In this document: positions 8,982 to 18,358 of the stretch, in pieces
Position numbering within the stretch: the first letter of the stretch is position 1
How the letters are laid out: each line of letters starts with the position of its first letter
Virus record (IMG/VR): IMGVR_UViG_3300045135_003620
Coordinates: 1-61,953 of that record
Direction: 5' to 3' (one strand)
Source: a virus
Taxonomy: Duplodnaviria; Caudoviricetes
Length of the DNA: 61,953 bases
The notes under the pieces: model-generated
Databases searched by the model: none
Told to the model about the DNA's origin: nothing
Seen by the model: only the letters and a program-made list of their open reading frames with translations
Position numbers and translations under genes: made by a program

Positions 8982-9194
8982 GTGAACGTCAAACACATCA
9001 ATCAAACAGAACTCTCCGAGCGCTGGCAGATCAGCGCCCGGACTTTAGAACGCTGGCGCAAAGAAGGTATTGGGCCGGTTTATCTCAAGATGCATGGTCG
9101 CGTGACTTACCGAGAGGAAGACATTCTCGCCTACGAGGGTGGCTGCCTTCGCAAAAGCACTTCCGAATACGCCGACGAAGGAGACCTCGCATGA
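8982..9194 (+). CDS. AlpA/excisionase-like HTH protein
   Basis: INQTELSERWQISARTLERWRKEGIGPVYLK...RVTYREEDI; AGGAG RBS. Confidence 0.88.
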   Translation: MNVKHINQTELSERWQISARTLERWRKEGIGPVYLKMHGRVTYREEDILAYEGGCLRKSTSEYADEGDLA

Positions 9195-9670
9195 ACCTTA
9201 AACACATCAACGACATCATTCGTACCCCAGTGAGCACGCTGGCCGAGATGTCAGGCGACTCACTGTTTCGCCTCAAAACCGAAGTGAGCGATCAATTGGC
9301 CATTACCAAGGCACTGAACGAGCACATCGATCGCGTGTTGGATTACCGCTACGGCGAGCGCGCCCAACAACACCGTCTAGATGCCGGCAAAGACACCGGG
9401 GTCGTTCACTTCGACGATGGTGAGGTGCGAATTTCTGCTGACCTACCCAAGCGTATTACCTGGGACCAGAAGCAGCTCACAGAGATCGCACGACGCATTG
9501 CTGACAGTGGGGAAGACCCAACCCAGTACATAGACATCAGCTACAAGGTATCCGAGAGCAAGTACACCAATTGGCCGGATTCTTTGCAGTCGTCCTTTGC
9601 TGGCGCGCGCACTCTCAAAACAGGCAAGCCGACCTTCCGTTTAGCTTTGCTTGGAGGGGCACAATCATGA
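9191..9670 (+). CDS. Conserved phage early protein
   Basis: Coupled ORF; GKDTGVVHFDDG...PKRITWDQKQL...ARTLKTGKP, a pattern seen upstream of AAA_24 ATPases. Confidence 0.75.
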   Translation: MNLKHINDIIRTPVSTLAEMSGDSLFRLKTEVSDQLAITKALNEHIDRVLDYRYGERAQQHRLDAGKDTGVVHFDDGEVRISADLPKRITWDQKQLTEIARRIADSGEDPTQYIDISYKVSESKYTNWPDSLQSSFAGARTLKTGKPTFRLALLGGAQS

Positions 9671-10539
9671 GCCTTCCCATTATCTCAGCAGACCAACGCC
9701 TAGCCGAGAAGCGAGGCATCAAGGGCTGCATCTTCGGCAAGAGCGGCATCGGTAAAACTTCACTGCTTTGGACACTGGATGCTCAAAGCACCTTATTCTT
9801 TGACCTCGAGGCTGGTGATCTCGCTATCGAGGGCTGGAGCGGCGACAGCATTCGCCCTAAAACTTGGCCTGAGTGTCGCGACTTTGCCGTGTTCATTGGC
9901 GGTCCGAATCCCGCACTGCGTGACGATCAGGTCTACAGCCAAAGTCACTACGACGCGGTTTGCGAGCGTTTCGGCAATCCTACGGAACTCGATCGCTACG
10001 AAACCATCTTCATCGACTCCATCACGGTTGCAGGACGTTTGTGTTTTCAGTGGTGCAAAGGTCAACCACAGGCATTTAGTGAGCGCAGCGGCAAACCCGA
10101 CATGCGTGGAGCGTATGGCCTACACGGTCAGGAAATGATCGCGTGGCTGACCCATTTACAGCACACCCGCAACAAGAACATTTGGTTCGTTGGCATCCTC
10201 GATGAGCGCATCGACGACTACAACCGCAAGGTGTTCTCGCCGCAAATCGATGGTTCCAAAACCGGCTTAGAGTTGCCTGGCATTGTCGATCAGGTCATTG
10301 CCATGGCCGAGCTTAAAGACGAAGACGGCAATCCGTTTCGCGCCTTTATCAACCATACGCTGAACCAGTGGGGCTATCCCGCCAAGGATCGCAGTGGTCG
10401 ACTCGACGCCATTGAGGAACCCCACCTCGGTCGTTTGATGGCCAAGATCAAAAGCCCTGCAGTTCCTGCGCCACAACGCTTGCAGTTTACCAACCCAACA
10501 CCCGCACAAGACAACACTGATACAGGAGAAGCCCTATGA
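9667..10539 (+). CDS. AAA_24 / Sak4-like ATPase (single-strand annealing)
   Basis: Walker A GKSGIGKT, Walker B IFIDSIT, AKDRSG; ATG at 9667 overlaps the previous stop. Confidence 0.85.
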   Translation: MSLPIISADQRLAEKRGIKGCIFGKSGIGKTSLLWTLDAQSTLFFDLEAGDLAIEGWSGDSIRPKTWPECRDFAVFIGGPNPALRDDQVYSQSHYDAVCERFGNPTELDRYETIFIDSITVAGRLCFQWCKGQPQAFSERSGKPDMRGAYGLHGQEMIAWLTHLQHTRNKNIWFVGILDERIDDYNRKVFSPQIDGSKTGLELPGIVDQVIAMAELKDEDGNPFRAFINHTLNQWGYPAKDRSGRLDAIEEPHLGRLMAKIKSPAVPAPQRLQFTNPTPAQDNTDTGEAL

Positions 10540-11168
10540 GCCTCTGGAATGATTTTAACAACGCTGAAGATCAGCAATCCTTTGATGTAATCCCCAAGGG
10601 CACCATCGCCCGGGTCCGCATGACTATTAAGCCCGGCGGCATTGACGATGCAAGCCAAGGTTGGACGGGGGGTTACGCGACCCAAAGCACCATGACCGGT
10701 TCGGTGTATTTGAATTGTGAGTTCGTGGTCACCGATGGACCCTACGCCAAACGCAAGGTCTGGAGTCTGATTGGACTCGAGAGCCCCAAAGGACCCGAGT
10801 GGGCCAACATGGGACGGAGCTTCGTCAAAGGCATGCTGAACTCGGCACGCGGTTTACACCCCAATGACAACTCCCCTAAGGCGCAGCAACTGCGTCGTAT
10901 CTCCGGCTTTGCTGATCTGGAAGGTATCGAGTTCGTCGCCAAGATCGACGTCGACAAAGACCAAAACGGTGAGATGAAAAACGTCATCAAGTCGGCTGTC
11001 ACACCCGATCAAAAGGGCTATGCCGAGGCGATGGAGACTGTACCCACAGCAGCTGCGGCAGTTCAGGCAACCTTTGCGCCGGTGTCACCTTCGGCACCTG
11101 TGAGTTCAGTACCAGCGTCCTCATCAGCACCGGCGGTACCTAGTGGTCGTCCCGCTTGGGCGCAGTAA
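10536..11168 (+). CDS. Phage ssDNA-binding-like protein (DUF669-like)
   Basis: FDVIPKGT...YLNCEFVVTDGPYAKRKVW OB-like core, low-complexity A/P/S tail ending RPAWAQ; follows the Sak4-like gene. Confidence 0.7.
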   Translation: MSLWNDFNNAEDQQSFDVIPKGTIARVRMTIKPGGIDDASQGWTGGYATQSTMTGSVYLNCEFVVTDGPYAKRKVWSLIGLESPKGPEWANMGRSFVKGMLNSARGLHPNDNSPKAQQLRRISGFADLEGIEFVAKIDVDKDQNGEMKNVIKSAVTPDQKGYAEAMETVPTAAAAVQATFAPVSPSAPVSSVPASSSAPAVPSGRPAWAQ

Positions 11169-11180
11169 GGGGTTAGCACG

Positions 11181-12854
11181 ATGATTCTTCGTCCCCGTCA
11201 AAAAGTCTTTGTTGAGCGCTGTGTTTCAGCGCTTGAAAGGCATAACAACACCTTGGGGGTGGCTCCGACAGGTTGTGGCAAAACGGTAATGCTGTCGGCT
11301 ACTGCGGGGCGAATGATCGGTGACACCGACACCAAAGTCTGTGTACTGGCGCATCGTGACGAACTGACATCTCAGAACGAGTCCAAGTTCCGCCGGGTTA
11401 ATCCCGGCGTGAGCACCTCAGTTTATGATGCCAAACAGAAGTCATGGTCGGGGCAAACCACCTTTGCCATGGTGCAAACTCTGTCGCAGCCTCGCAACAT
11501 GGATCAGATGCCAACACTGGATCTGTTAGTCATTGATGAGGCTCATCATGCGGCTGCCCCCAGCTATCGACATGTGATCGACACCGCACTGCAACTCAAC
11601 CCAAAGTTAAAAGTCCTTGGCGTTACCGCCACGCCCAATCGAGGTGATGGTAAAGGTTTGCGCCCGGTGTTCAGCAATGTAGCCGATCAGATCAGTTTGG
11701 CAGAGCTTATTCATTCCGGTCATCTGGTACCGCCTCGCACCTTTGTAGTGGATGTCGGCACGCAGGAAGCACTTTCACAAGTCAAACGCAGTGCCGATGA
11801 TTTTGACATGCACGAAGTCGATGCCATCATGAACCGGACTGTCGTTAACGACGCTGTAGTCAAGCACTGGCAAACCCATGCTGGCAAACGCAAAACGGTG
11901 GTGTTCTGCTCAACCATGGACCACGCTGACAATGTGGCGAGGACTTTTCGTCAAGCAGGTGTGTCGAGTGCAGTCATTCATGGCGCGCTCACCAAGGCAC
12001 AACGCAAGGATGCACTGGAACACTTTGCCTCAGGTAAAGCTCAGGTCATCGTTAACGTGTCTGTCCTCACAGAGGGATGGGATCACCCACCCGTCGATTG
12101 CGTGGTTTTACTGCGCCCCAGTTCATACAAATCCACTCTGATTCAAATGGTCGGCCGCGGCCTGCGCATCGTTGATCCTGAGGAGTACCCCAGTGTCCGT
12201 AAGTCAGACTGCATCGTGTTGGACTTCGGTACTAGCACACTGATTCACGGATCGCTGGAACAGGAGGCTAACCTAGACGGTCACGAGGGCACCGGTCAGG
12301 CGCCAACCAAACAATGCCCCGAGTGTGAGGCAGAAGTGCCGCTCTCGGCGATGGAATGCGCATTGTGTGGTTACGTGTGGGAGCGCGATGACAGCATGGC
12401 TAAGACCGAACTCACCGAGTTCGTCATGTCTGAGGTCGATCTGCTCAAGCGCTCATCTTTCCGCTGGTGTGATCTCTTCAGTGACGACACCGCCATGATG
12501 GCCACCGGCTTTGAGGCATGGGCCGGTGTGTTCTATCTGAACGGCTACTGGTACGCCATTGGAGGCGGTAAAAAGCTTGGCGTTCATTTGTTGTCCATCG
12601 GCGAGCGAACGCTGGGACTTGCCGCCGCAGACGACTGGCTCAACGAACACGAGAGTGAGGAAACCGCGCGTAAAACACGCTCCTGGTTAAACCAGTCACC
12701 CACGCAGCCCCAGTTCAAATTTTTACCCAAACACTGCCAGCACGACTTTGGCTTAACACGCTATCAAGCGTCGTGTCTGATCACCTTCCGCTTCAACAAG
12801 GCAGCGATCCAATCCCGGATCTTTGCCGCCGATCGCACTCGGAAGGTGGCCTGA
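11181..12854 (+). CDS. SF2 DEAH-box helicase with zinc ribbon
   Basis: APTGCGKT, IDEAHH, TATP and QMVGRGLR motifs; CPEC...CALC. Confidence 0.93.
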   Translation: MILRPRQKVFVERCVSALERHNNTLGVAPTGCGKTVMLSATAGRMIGDTDTKVCVLAHRDELTSQNESKFRRVNPGVSTSVYDAKQKSWSGQTTFAMVQTLSQPRNMDQMPTLDLLVIDEAHHAAAPSYRHVIDTALQLNPKLKVLGVTATPNRGDGKGLRPVFSNVADQISLAELIHSGHLVPPRTFVVDVGTQEALSQVKRSADDFDMHEVDAIMNRTVVNDAVVKHWQTHAGKRKTVVFCSTMDHADNVARTFRQAGVSSAVIHGALTKAQRKDALEHFASGKAQVIVNVSVLTEGWDHPPVDCVVLLRPSSYKSTLIQMVGRGLRIVDPEEYPSVRKSDCIVLDFGTSTLIHGSLEQEANLDGHEGTGQAPTKQCPECEAEVPLSAMECALCGYVWERDDSMAKTELTEFVMSEVDLLKRSSFRWCDLFSDDTAMMATGFEAWAGVFYLNGYWYAIGGGKKLGVHLLSIGERTLGLAAADDWLNEHESEETARKTRSWLNQSPTQPQFKFLPKHCQHDFGLTRYQASCLITFRFNKAAIQSRIFAADRTRKVA

Positions 12855-13198
12855 TGCTGTGCGCGATATGCGGCCGAGAGGGCCGAGGCTTCTGTTGGGT
12901 CACTCCCCATCGCAAAGGCATCCAGCGAGCGTTCAAGCGCTTCTGCTCGATGGCCTGCCAAAGTGTTCACCTACAACGATACAAAGCTACAGGAGGTCAT
13001 GTGATTGATCCTACCCATAACGAAAAAGCCGCGGTGTTAGCGGTACTGCCCATCCTCGGTGACTACGTCGCCGGCATTGGCATGGAAAAACCGCTCGCGG
13101 ACTACAGCCGTGAGCAAATCCTTCAACTCATCGAAGTGGTCCTCGACGGCTATTTCGAACATCTACGTCTTTTGACGTCAGATGACATCCCATTTTGA
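12854..13198 (+). CDS. Small Cys-rich phage protein (DUF6511-like)
   Basis: ATG overlapping the helicase stop; CAIC...FCSMAC; ends DDIPF. Confidence 0.65.
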   Translation: MLCAICGREGRGFCWVTPHRKGIQRAFKRFCSMACQSVHLQRYKATGGHVIDPTHNEKAAVLAVLPILGDYVAGIGMEKPLADYSREQILQLIEVVLDGYFEHLRLLTSDDIPF

Positions 13199-13208
13199 GG
13201 AGATGATT

Positions 13209-13967
13209 ATGCTGGACTTTAATTCATCCAACACACTCAGCGATCGCATCACGGCCTTCATCGACGAGGGACTGGCCAAGGTACGGGATAATGAAACACC
13301 TCGTGACTATCTGGGCGCGTCTCGCTTAGGCGTTAGCTGCGATCGCGCACTGCAATACGAATACCTCAACGCGCCAGTCGATCCCGGTAAGGAGTTTTCA
13401 GGCAAAACGCTTCGAATCTTTGAGGCCGGTCACGTGTTTGAGGACCTCGCCATCAAGTGGCTGCGTGATGCTGGCTTTACGCTGTACACCGAGACTGCAG
13501 ACGGCGGGCAATTTGGTTTCTCTGCCGCCAACGGGCGACTCAAAGGTCATATCGATGGCGTGATTGCTGACGCGCCTCACGAACTCAGCATGAGCTTTCC
13601 CATACTATGGGAGTGCAAGAGTCTCAACGACAAGTCGTGGAAAGATACCGTCAAAAAAGGCGTGACGATATCCAAACCGATCTATGCCACCCAGATGGCG
13701 ATCTATCAGGCGTACATGGAAGCGGACATTCCGGGCATTTCGGACAATCCTGCGCTGTTCACCGCCATCAACAAAGACACCGCCGAGATTTACTTTGAGT
13801 TAGTGCCGTTTAATGGCGAGTTAGCACAAAAGGCCTCTGACCGGGGTGTGCGTATATTAGATGCCTGTGAGGCCCACGAGTTGTTGCCCCGCGCCGCGAC
13901 TGATCCATGTCACTTCACCTGCAAGTTCTGCGCATGGCAGGACCGTTGTTGGGGAGGTGAACGATGA
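13209..13967 (+). CDS. PD-(D/E)XK (Cas4-like) exonuclease
   Basis: YLGASRLGVSC, GHIDG...WECKS, Q-x-x-x-Y and C-terminal CKFC...C; GAGGAG RBS. Confidence 0.85.
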   Translation: MLDFNSSNTLSDRITAFIDEGLAKVRDNETPRDYLGASRLGVSCDRALQYEYLNAPVDPGKEFSGKTLRIFEAGHVFEDLAIKWLRDAGFTLYTETADGGQFGFSAANGRLKGHIDGVIADAPHELSMSFPILWECKSLNDKSWKDTVKKGVTISKPIYATQMAIYQAYMEADIPGISDNPALFTAINKDTAEIYFELVPFNGELAQKASDRGVRILDACEAHELLPRAATDPCHFTCKFCAWQDRCWGGER

Positions 13968-16111
13968 GCAATATCGTCTGGCTCGACTTTAACGATGCGG
14001 CGGATCAGATCAGTGATGACCTGCCGCCCAAGCTGACCACTCACGAGCTGAAGCAGAGGCTACTGGAACGTCTACCTAGCGTCCTCCACAGTTTGTTGCC
14101 ACAAGGAAGCACCCGCGGCACGCAATACTTTGTGGGTGACCTAGACGGTAATCGCGGCAAGAGTCTGGTGATTGAACTCGCCGGACCTAAGGCCGGTATG
14201 TGGATCGACTTTGCGACCAATGACCGTGGCGATATTCTTGATTTGTGGGGACAGACTCGCGGCTTTAATCGGCACAGTCAATTCCCGGAGTTGATTGAGG
14301 ATGTGAGTACATGGCTCGGTGAACCCACAACACAATACTCACCACCTAAGCCACAGCCCAAAGTACCCACGGATGATCTCGGCCAGTACAGCCACAAGTG
14401 GGACTACACCGATGCCAACGGCAAACTGATCGCGTGCGTGTACCGCTACGACACGCCTGAGGGCAAAGAGTACCGCCCTTGGGATGTGCTGGCGCGCAAG
14501 ATGGCCGCACCCAATCCACGCCCACTTTACAATCAGCCCGCACTCGGCAAAGCCAAAACCGTGGTTTTGGTCGAAGGCGAAAAGGCCGCTGACGCACTCA
14601 TCTCTGCGGGCATTGTGGCCACCACGGCTATGAACGGTGCGAGTGCACCCGCCGACAAAACTGACTGGTCACCCTTAGCTGGCAAGCATGTCGTGATCTG
14701 GCCCGACAACGACCAGGCCGGTAAAGACTATGCCAAGTCCGCCGCTCAGGCCTGTGTGGCGGCCAAAGCCGAAAGTGTTGAGATTTTGACCATACCAGCA
14801 CATCTTCCCGAGAAATGGGATGCGGCTGATGCGGTAGCCGAGGGGATGGACTGTCATGAAGCACTAGCCAATGCCGATCGTGAAATCATCAAAGGCCAAG
14901 CCGAAAAAACCACCTCATCTAAACTGGATATCCGCGCATGGAACGCCGCGCAACGATTTGTGGGAACACCACCCACGCGTCAATGGTTAGTTGAGGGGAT
15001 TTTCCCACGGGCTCAGGCAGCATTGATTGCCGCGGCCGGCGGTGTCGGCAAATCGTTTCTGCTGCTCTCATTGGCGAGAGAAGTGGCCGCCTATGACGGT
15101 AGTGCGCTCAACGCCCCGGTGTTGTTCGGTGGCAAGTTATCCGGTTCAGGAACGACCGTATATATCACCGCCGAAGACGACGCCATTGAGACCCACACCC
15201 GACTACGAGCGTTAGGTTCGATTCCCGACAGACTCTATGTCGTTCCACTACCCGATGCTGGTGGTGCCATGCCACTCTTTGCACCCGACACCGTCAGAAA
15301 AGGCGCGCCAACGACGACCGATGTTTGGGGGGATCTGGAACATCAATTTCAGGCAATGCCTGATCTGTGCGTGATCATACTCGATCCACTACAACCTTTG
15401 TGCGCACTCGACTTGAACGTACCGGAGAACGCACAGTTCGTCTGTTCTCGCCTAGCCGCTTTAGCAGCTACTACGGGCGCCTCAGTCATTGTCTCACACC
15501 ACTTTGCCAAGCGTGAGGCATCTAGCCCAGAGCAGGCCAGAGAGGCTATCAGAGGATCTGGCGGACTGGTCGATGGTGTCCGTGCGGTGTATGCCTTGTG
15601 GCACCCCAAGGAGGACTACGCCAGAAAGATCTGTGAGCAACTCAAAGAGTCCTTTGAACGCAACCGCGTGGTGATGGGTGGTGTTGTTAAGGCCAATGGG
15701 CGCGCAAATTTGCGGGTGACAACGTTTCTGCGCGACACCTCAGGCTTGTTAGTCGACAACACGCACCGACTACTCCATGGCGACGATGACGCTGAGCATC
15801 TACTTCAAGAGCTTGTTTACGCCATAGCGAGGGCTGCACGCGAAGGAAAGCCCTATACCAAGACCGCTAGCAACGGTGTTCATGAGCGTCGAAATGAGCT
15901 CCCAGAGGCCTTCCATGACATGGGAAAACATCGTCTCACCGGGATGATCGACTCCCTACTCAACCAAAAAAGATTAGTCCGAGCTGTGGCCCAAGGATCC
16001 AAATCAGTGAAGTGGTTAGACGTTCCTGACGGACCTATTGCACTGGGTCAAGCCGAGTTCACATTGGGTCATTTGACCCACTCAACCGAGGACAAATCCC
16101 ATGACAATTAA
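13964..16111 (+). CDS. Primase-helicase (TOPRIM plus AAA_25/RepA-like helicase)
   Basis: VLVEGEKAAD and IWPDNDQAG (TOPRIM), KWDAAD, Walker A AAGGVGKS, IILDPLQ, SHHFAK, IRGSGGLVD. Confidence 0.9.
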   Translation: MSNIVWLDFNDAADQISDDLPPKLTTHELKQRLLERLPSVLHSLLPQGSTRGTQYFVGDLDGNRGKSLVIELAGPKAGMWIDFATNDRGDILDLWGQTRGFNRHSQFPELIEDVSTWLGEPTTQYSPPKPQPKVPTDDLGQYSHKWDYTDANGKLIACVYRYDTPEGKEYRPWDVLARKMAAPNPRPLYNQPALGKAKTVVLVEGEKAADALISAGIVATTAMNGASAPADKTDWSPLAGKHVVIWPDNDQAGKDYAKSAAQACVAAKAESVEILTIPAHLPEKWDAADAVAEGMDCHEALANADREIIKGQAEKTTSSKLDIRAWNAAQRFVGTPPTRQWLVEGIFPRAQAALIAAAGGVGKSFLLLSLAREVAAYDGSALNAPVLFGGKLSGSGTTVYITAEDDAIETHTRLRALGSIPDRLYVVPLPDAGGAMPLFAPDTVRKGAPTTTDVWGDLEHQFQAMPDLCVIILDPLQPLCALDLNVPENAQFVCSRLAALAATTGASVIVSHHFAKREASSPEQAREAIRGSGGLVDGVRAVYALWHPKEDYARKICEQLKESFERNRVVMGGVVKANGRANLRVTTFLRDTSGLLVDNTHRLLHGDDDAEHLLQELVYAIARAAREGKPYTKTASNGVHERRNELPEAFHDMGKHRLTGMIDSLLNQKRLVRAVAQGSKSVKWLDVPDGPIALGQAEFTLGHLTHSTEDKSHDN

Positions 16112-16127
16112 GCACCAAATTCACCTA

Positions 16128-16330
16128 AGTGTTTCCCGGTTTCCCGGTTTCCCGCTGGGAAACACTTGCCCGGGAAACGCTTTTATCTATTTAAAATCAA
16201 CAGGTTATAGACTTCCCAGCAAAACCGTTTCCCACCCCTTCTGGGAAGCCAAAAAACCCAATAAAATCAATTCATTACCGGTTTCCCGGCTTTTCCTCTC
16301 TACGAGAGAGAGAGTGAGCATTGGGAATGC
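16128..16330. repeat. Iteron-like TTTCCC/GGGAAA repeat cluster (probable replication origin)
   Basis: GTTTCCCG x3 tandem (16131-16154), inverted GGGAAAC copies (16157, 16172), further TTCCC/GGGAA copies, two TAAAATCAA AT-rich boxes and a CTCTCT/AGAGAG hairpin; immediately after the primase-helicase. Confidence 0.65.
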
Positions 16331-16431
16331 TCATCTCTCGTTGGTGTTTGGTGGGTTTGGGAAGTGGGATAAATCGCACCTAAAAATTAACCCTGCCCAA
16401 GATAAAAAATTTGCGCAACGGGAGGTCGTCG

Positions 16432-16905
16432 ATGAGTAACTCAACCATCCTCGCACTCGACCTTGGCACACAAACCGGTTGGGCAGTGTCGACTTTCGAC
16501 AAAACCATCATCAGCGGCAGCGAATCGTTCAAGCCTAGTCGATTCGAAGGCGGTGGTATGCGCTACCTGCGATTCAAACGTTGGCTTACCGAGCTGAAGA
16601 GTCACACCGATGGAATCGATGCGGTGTACTTCGAGGAAGTCCGTCGGCACGCCGGAGTGGATGCCGCCCATGCCTACGGCGGGTTCATGGCTCACCTAAC
16701 CGCGTGGTGTGAACACCATGAGATTCCCTACCAAGGTGTGCCCGTTGGCACCATCAAAAAACACGCCACCGGCAAAGGCAACGCCGGCAAAGACCAAATG
16801 ATTCAAGCCGCCCAGCAACGTGGGCATCAACCCGCCGATGACAACGAGGCCGACGCCATCGCCTTGCTGTACTGGGCCATCGATACACTGGAGGTATCAC
16901 CATGA
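16432..16905 (+). CDS. RuvC-like Holliday junction resolvase
   Basis: ILALDLGTQTGW, YFEEVRRH, IKKHATGKGNA and DDNEADAIAL; GGAGG RBS before ATG 16432. Confidence 0.88.
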   Translation: MSNSTILALDLGTQTGWAVSTFDKTIISGSESFKPSRFEGGGMRYLRFKRWLTELKSHTDGIDAVYFEEVRRHAGVDAAHAYGGFMAHLTAWCEHHEIPYQGVPVGTIKKHATGKGNAGKDQMIQAAQQRGHQPADDNEADAIALLYWAIDTLEVSP

Positions 16906-17114
16906 AAACACCTGAAAACCGCTACCGCTGCCCACTAGGACGGCTACAACCCAAGGATAAACCCGACCCTGAGATCGTTAAGAAACAGGGCTGGAAGGAA
17001 CAACACATCCTGGTTATCTCGCCTGAGGATGACCGGCTCGACTGGTACGAACAACAACTGCTGCGCAACATCGGCAATCGCCTCTACGGAGACCAGGGGG
17101 TGCGCCATGGCTGA
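16902..17114 (+). CDS. Small conserved phage protein
   Basis: Coupled ORF with GGAGG RBS; YRCPLGRLQP...VKKQGW. Confidence 0.7.
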   Translation: MKTPENRYRCPLGRLQPKDKPDPEIVKKQGWKEQHILVISPEDDRLDWYEQQLLRNIGNRLYGDQGVRHG

Positions 17115-17478
17115 GTGGACCAACGAGAAAGTCGCAGCGCGTTTCATGGAGGCGGCCAAGACGGCACACCGACTGCCACCGGTCACCGTCCAGGGCTACT
17201 TCAACGCTTGGCCTGAGTTCAAACGTATGCCCTGGGAGAACCTCGGGGCCGAGCCTGAGCCCATACGATTGCCACCCACACCTGAGGCCGTTGATCGCAT
17301 GCTAGAGACCATGCAGTGGGTATTGTGGCTTGAGGAGGAACAACGCCACCTGATCTGGATGCGAGCCGAGAGGAAGCGTTGGCGAGACATCTGCGCACGC
17401 TTTGGCTGCAATCGGACCACAGCTTGGCGGCGATGGAAGGCGGCGCTAGAGGCGGTTGCTGGCGAACTCAAGCATTAA
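17107..17478 (+). CDS. DUF6362 / sigma70 region-4-like HTH protein (probable late-gene regulator)
   Basis: WLEEEQRHLIWMRAERKRWRDICARFGCNRTTAWRRW HTH; last gene of the early operon, in the Q-like position. Confidence 0.75.
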   Translation: MAEWTNEKVAARFMEAAKTAHRLPPVTVQGYFNAWPEFKRMPWENLGAEPEPIRLPPTPEAVDRMLETMQWVLWLEEEQRHLIWMRAERKRWRDICARFGCNRTTAWRRWKAALEAVAGELKH

Positions 17479-17627
17479 AAAAACAAATAGTTTTAAGGTA
17501 TTTTCCAACAATTAAACGCTGCTGCGTACGCGTGACGGTTATTGCGAAAACACTATTAAAATCAACATGAAACACTTTCGCCGTTTTAGTGTATTATTAG
17601 TTCTAATCTCACCAGAACTCACTTCAG

Positions 17628-17654
17628 AGGCCGCGCTAACCCCGTGGCCTTTTT
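17628..17654 (+). terminator. Rho-independent terminator
   Basis: AGGCCGCG-CTAACCC-CGTGGCCT-TTTT. Confidence 0.7.
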
Positions 17655-17736
17655 CATTTACGGCTATTGCGGAGGATTGACGGCTAATGAATACCAATGA
17701 GGAGGCGACTCCTGCGGGTCAATGCGAAAAGTTGAC

Positions 17737-17847
17737 GGGTCCTTCCGGCCAATAAGTACTGCGGGGGGCGCGAGCGCAGCATTCCGATAGCGTCTGCCCC
17801 GAAAAACAGGTTACCACCCATACAAGTTACCACCTGCGGTTACCACC
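17737..17847 (+). other. Lambda-type cos packaging site (cosQ/cosN/cosB-like)
   Basis: GGGTCCT (identical to lambda cosQ) at 17737; CTGCG-N11-CGCAG GC-rich dyad at 17759-17779; three GTTACCACC direct repeats at 17810, 17826 and 17839. Confidence 0.7.
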
Positions 17848-17908
17848 ATACCGCACTCCTTTGCCTGCCATCCCCTGCAGGCCTTTTTATTCATAACCGG
17901 ACGACTAC

Positions 17909-18358
17909 ATGATTTTAAGCCAACACTTCGAGCTGGCCGAGTTTCTCGTGTCAGAAACTGCCGCGCGCCTCGGTATCAGCAACGAACCCAGTGACGAGGT
18001 GATCGTCAATCTGCGCAAGCTGTGCAACGAGGTACTCGAACCCCTGCGCGTCAATCTTGCCCGTCCGGTGATTATTACCTCCGGCTATCGATCAGCCGAG
18101 TTGAACCATGCTATTGGTGGCAGCTTTACCAGCCACCACATGATCGGCCGCGCCGCCGACATCATCGTCCCCGGCTTGCCACCCATCGAGGTGTGCCGAC
18201 ACATCGAATCTATGGAGTTGCCTTGCAGCCAAATCATCCATGAGTTTGGTCGCTGGACCCACGTCAGCGTTGCCGATGGTCACAGTGAGCAGCAAGTGTT
18301 TACCGCACGCCACGAGAACGGTGCGACGATTTACGAGCGAGGACTGCATCATGTCTGA
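17909..18358 (+). CDS. Peptidase M15A (Zn peptidase), probable endolysin
   Basis: HFELAEF, ITSGYRS..LN..IGG...SHHMIGRAADI and WTHVS motifs. Confidence 0.88.
   Translation: MILSQHFELAEFLVSETAARLGISNEPSDEVIVNLRKLCNEVLEPLRVNLARPVIITSGYRSAELNHAIGGSFTSHHMIGRAADIIVPGLPPIEVCRHIESMELPCSQIIHEFGRWTHVSVADGHSEQQVFTARHENGATIYERGLHHV

Noticed and set aside
13209-13967. Cas4-like nuclease as a sign of CRISPR-Cas
   Set aside because: No repeat-spacer array or other cas genes seen; it sits in an ordinary phage replication operon.
16101-16439. 112-aa ORF after the primase-helicase
   Set aside because: The translation mirrors the DNA repeats (FPGFP, SRFP); better explained as an origin-like region, though expression cannot be excluded.
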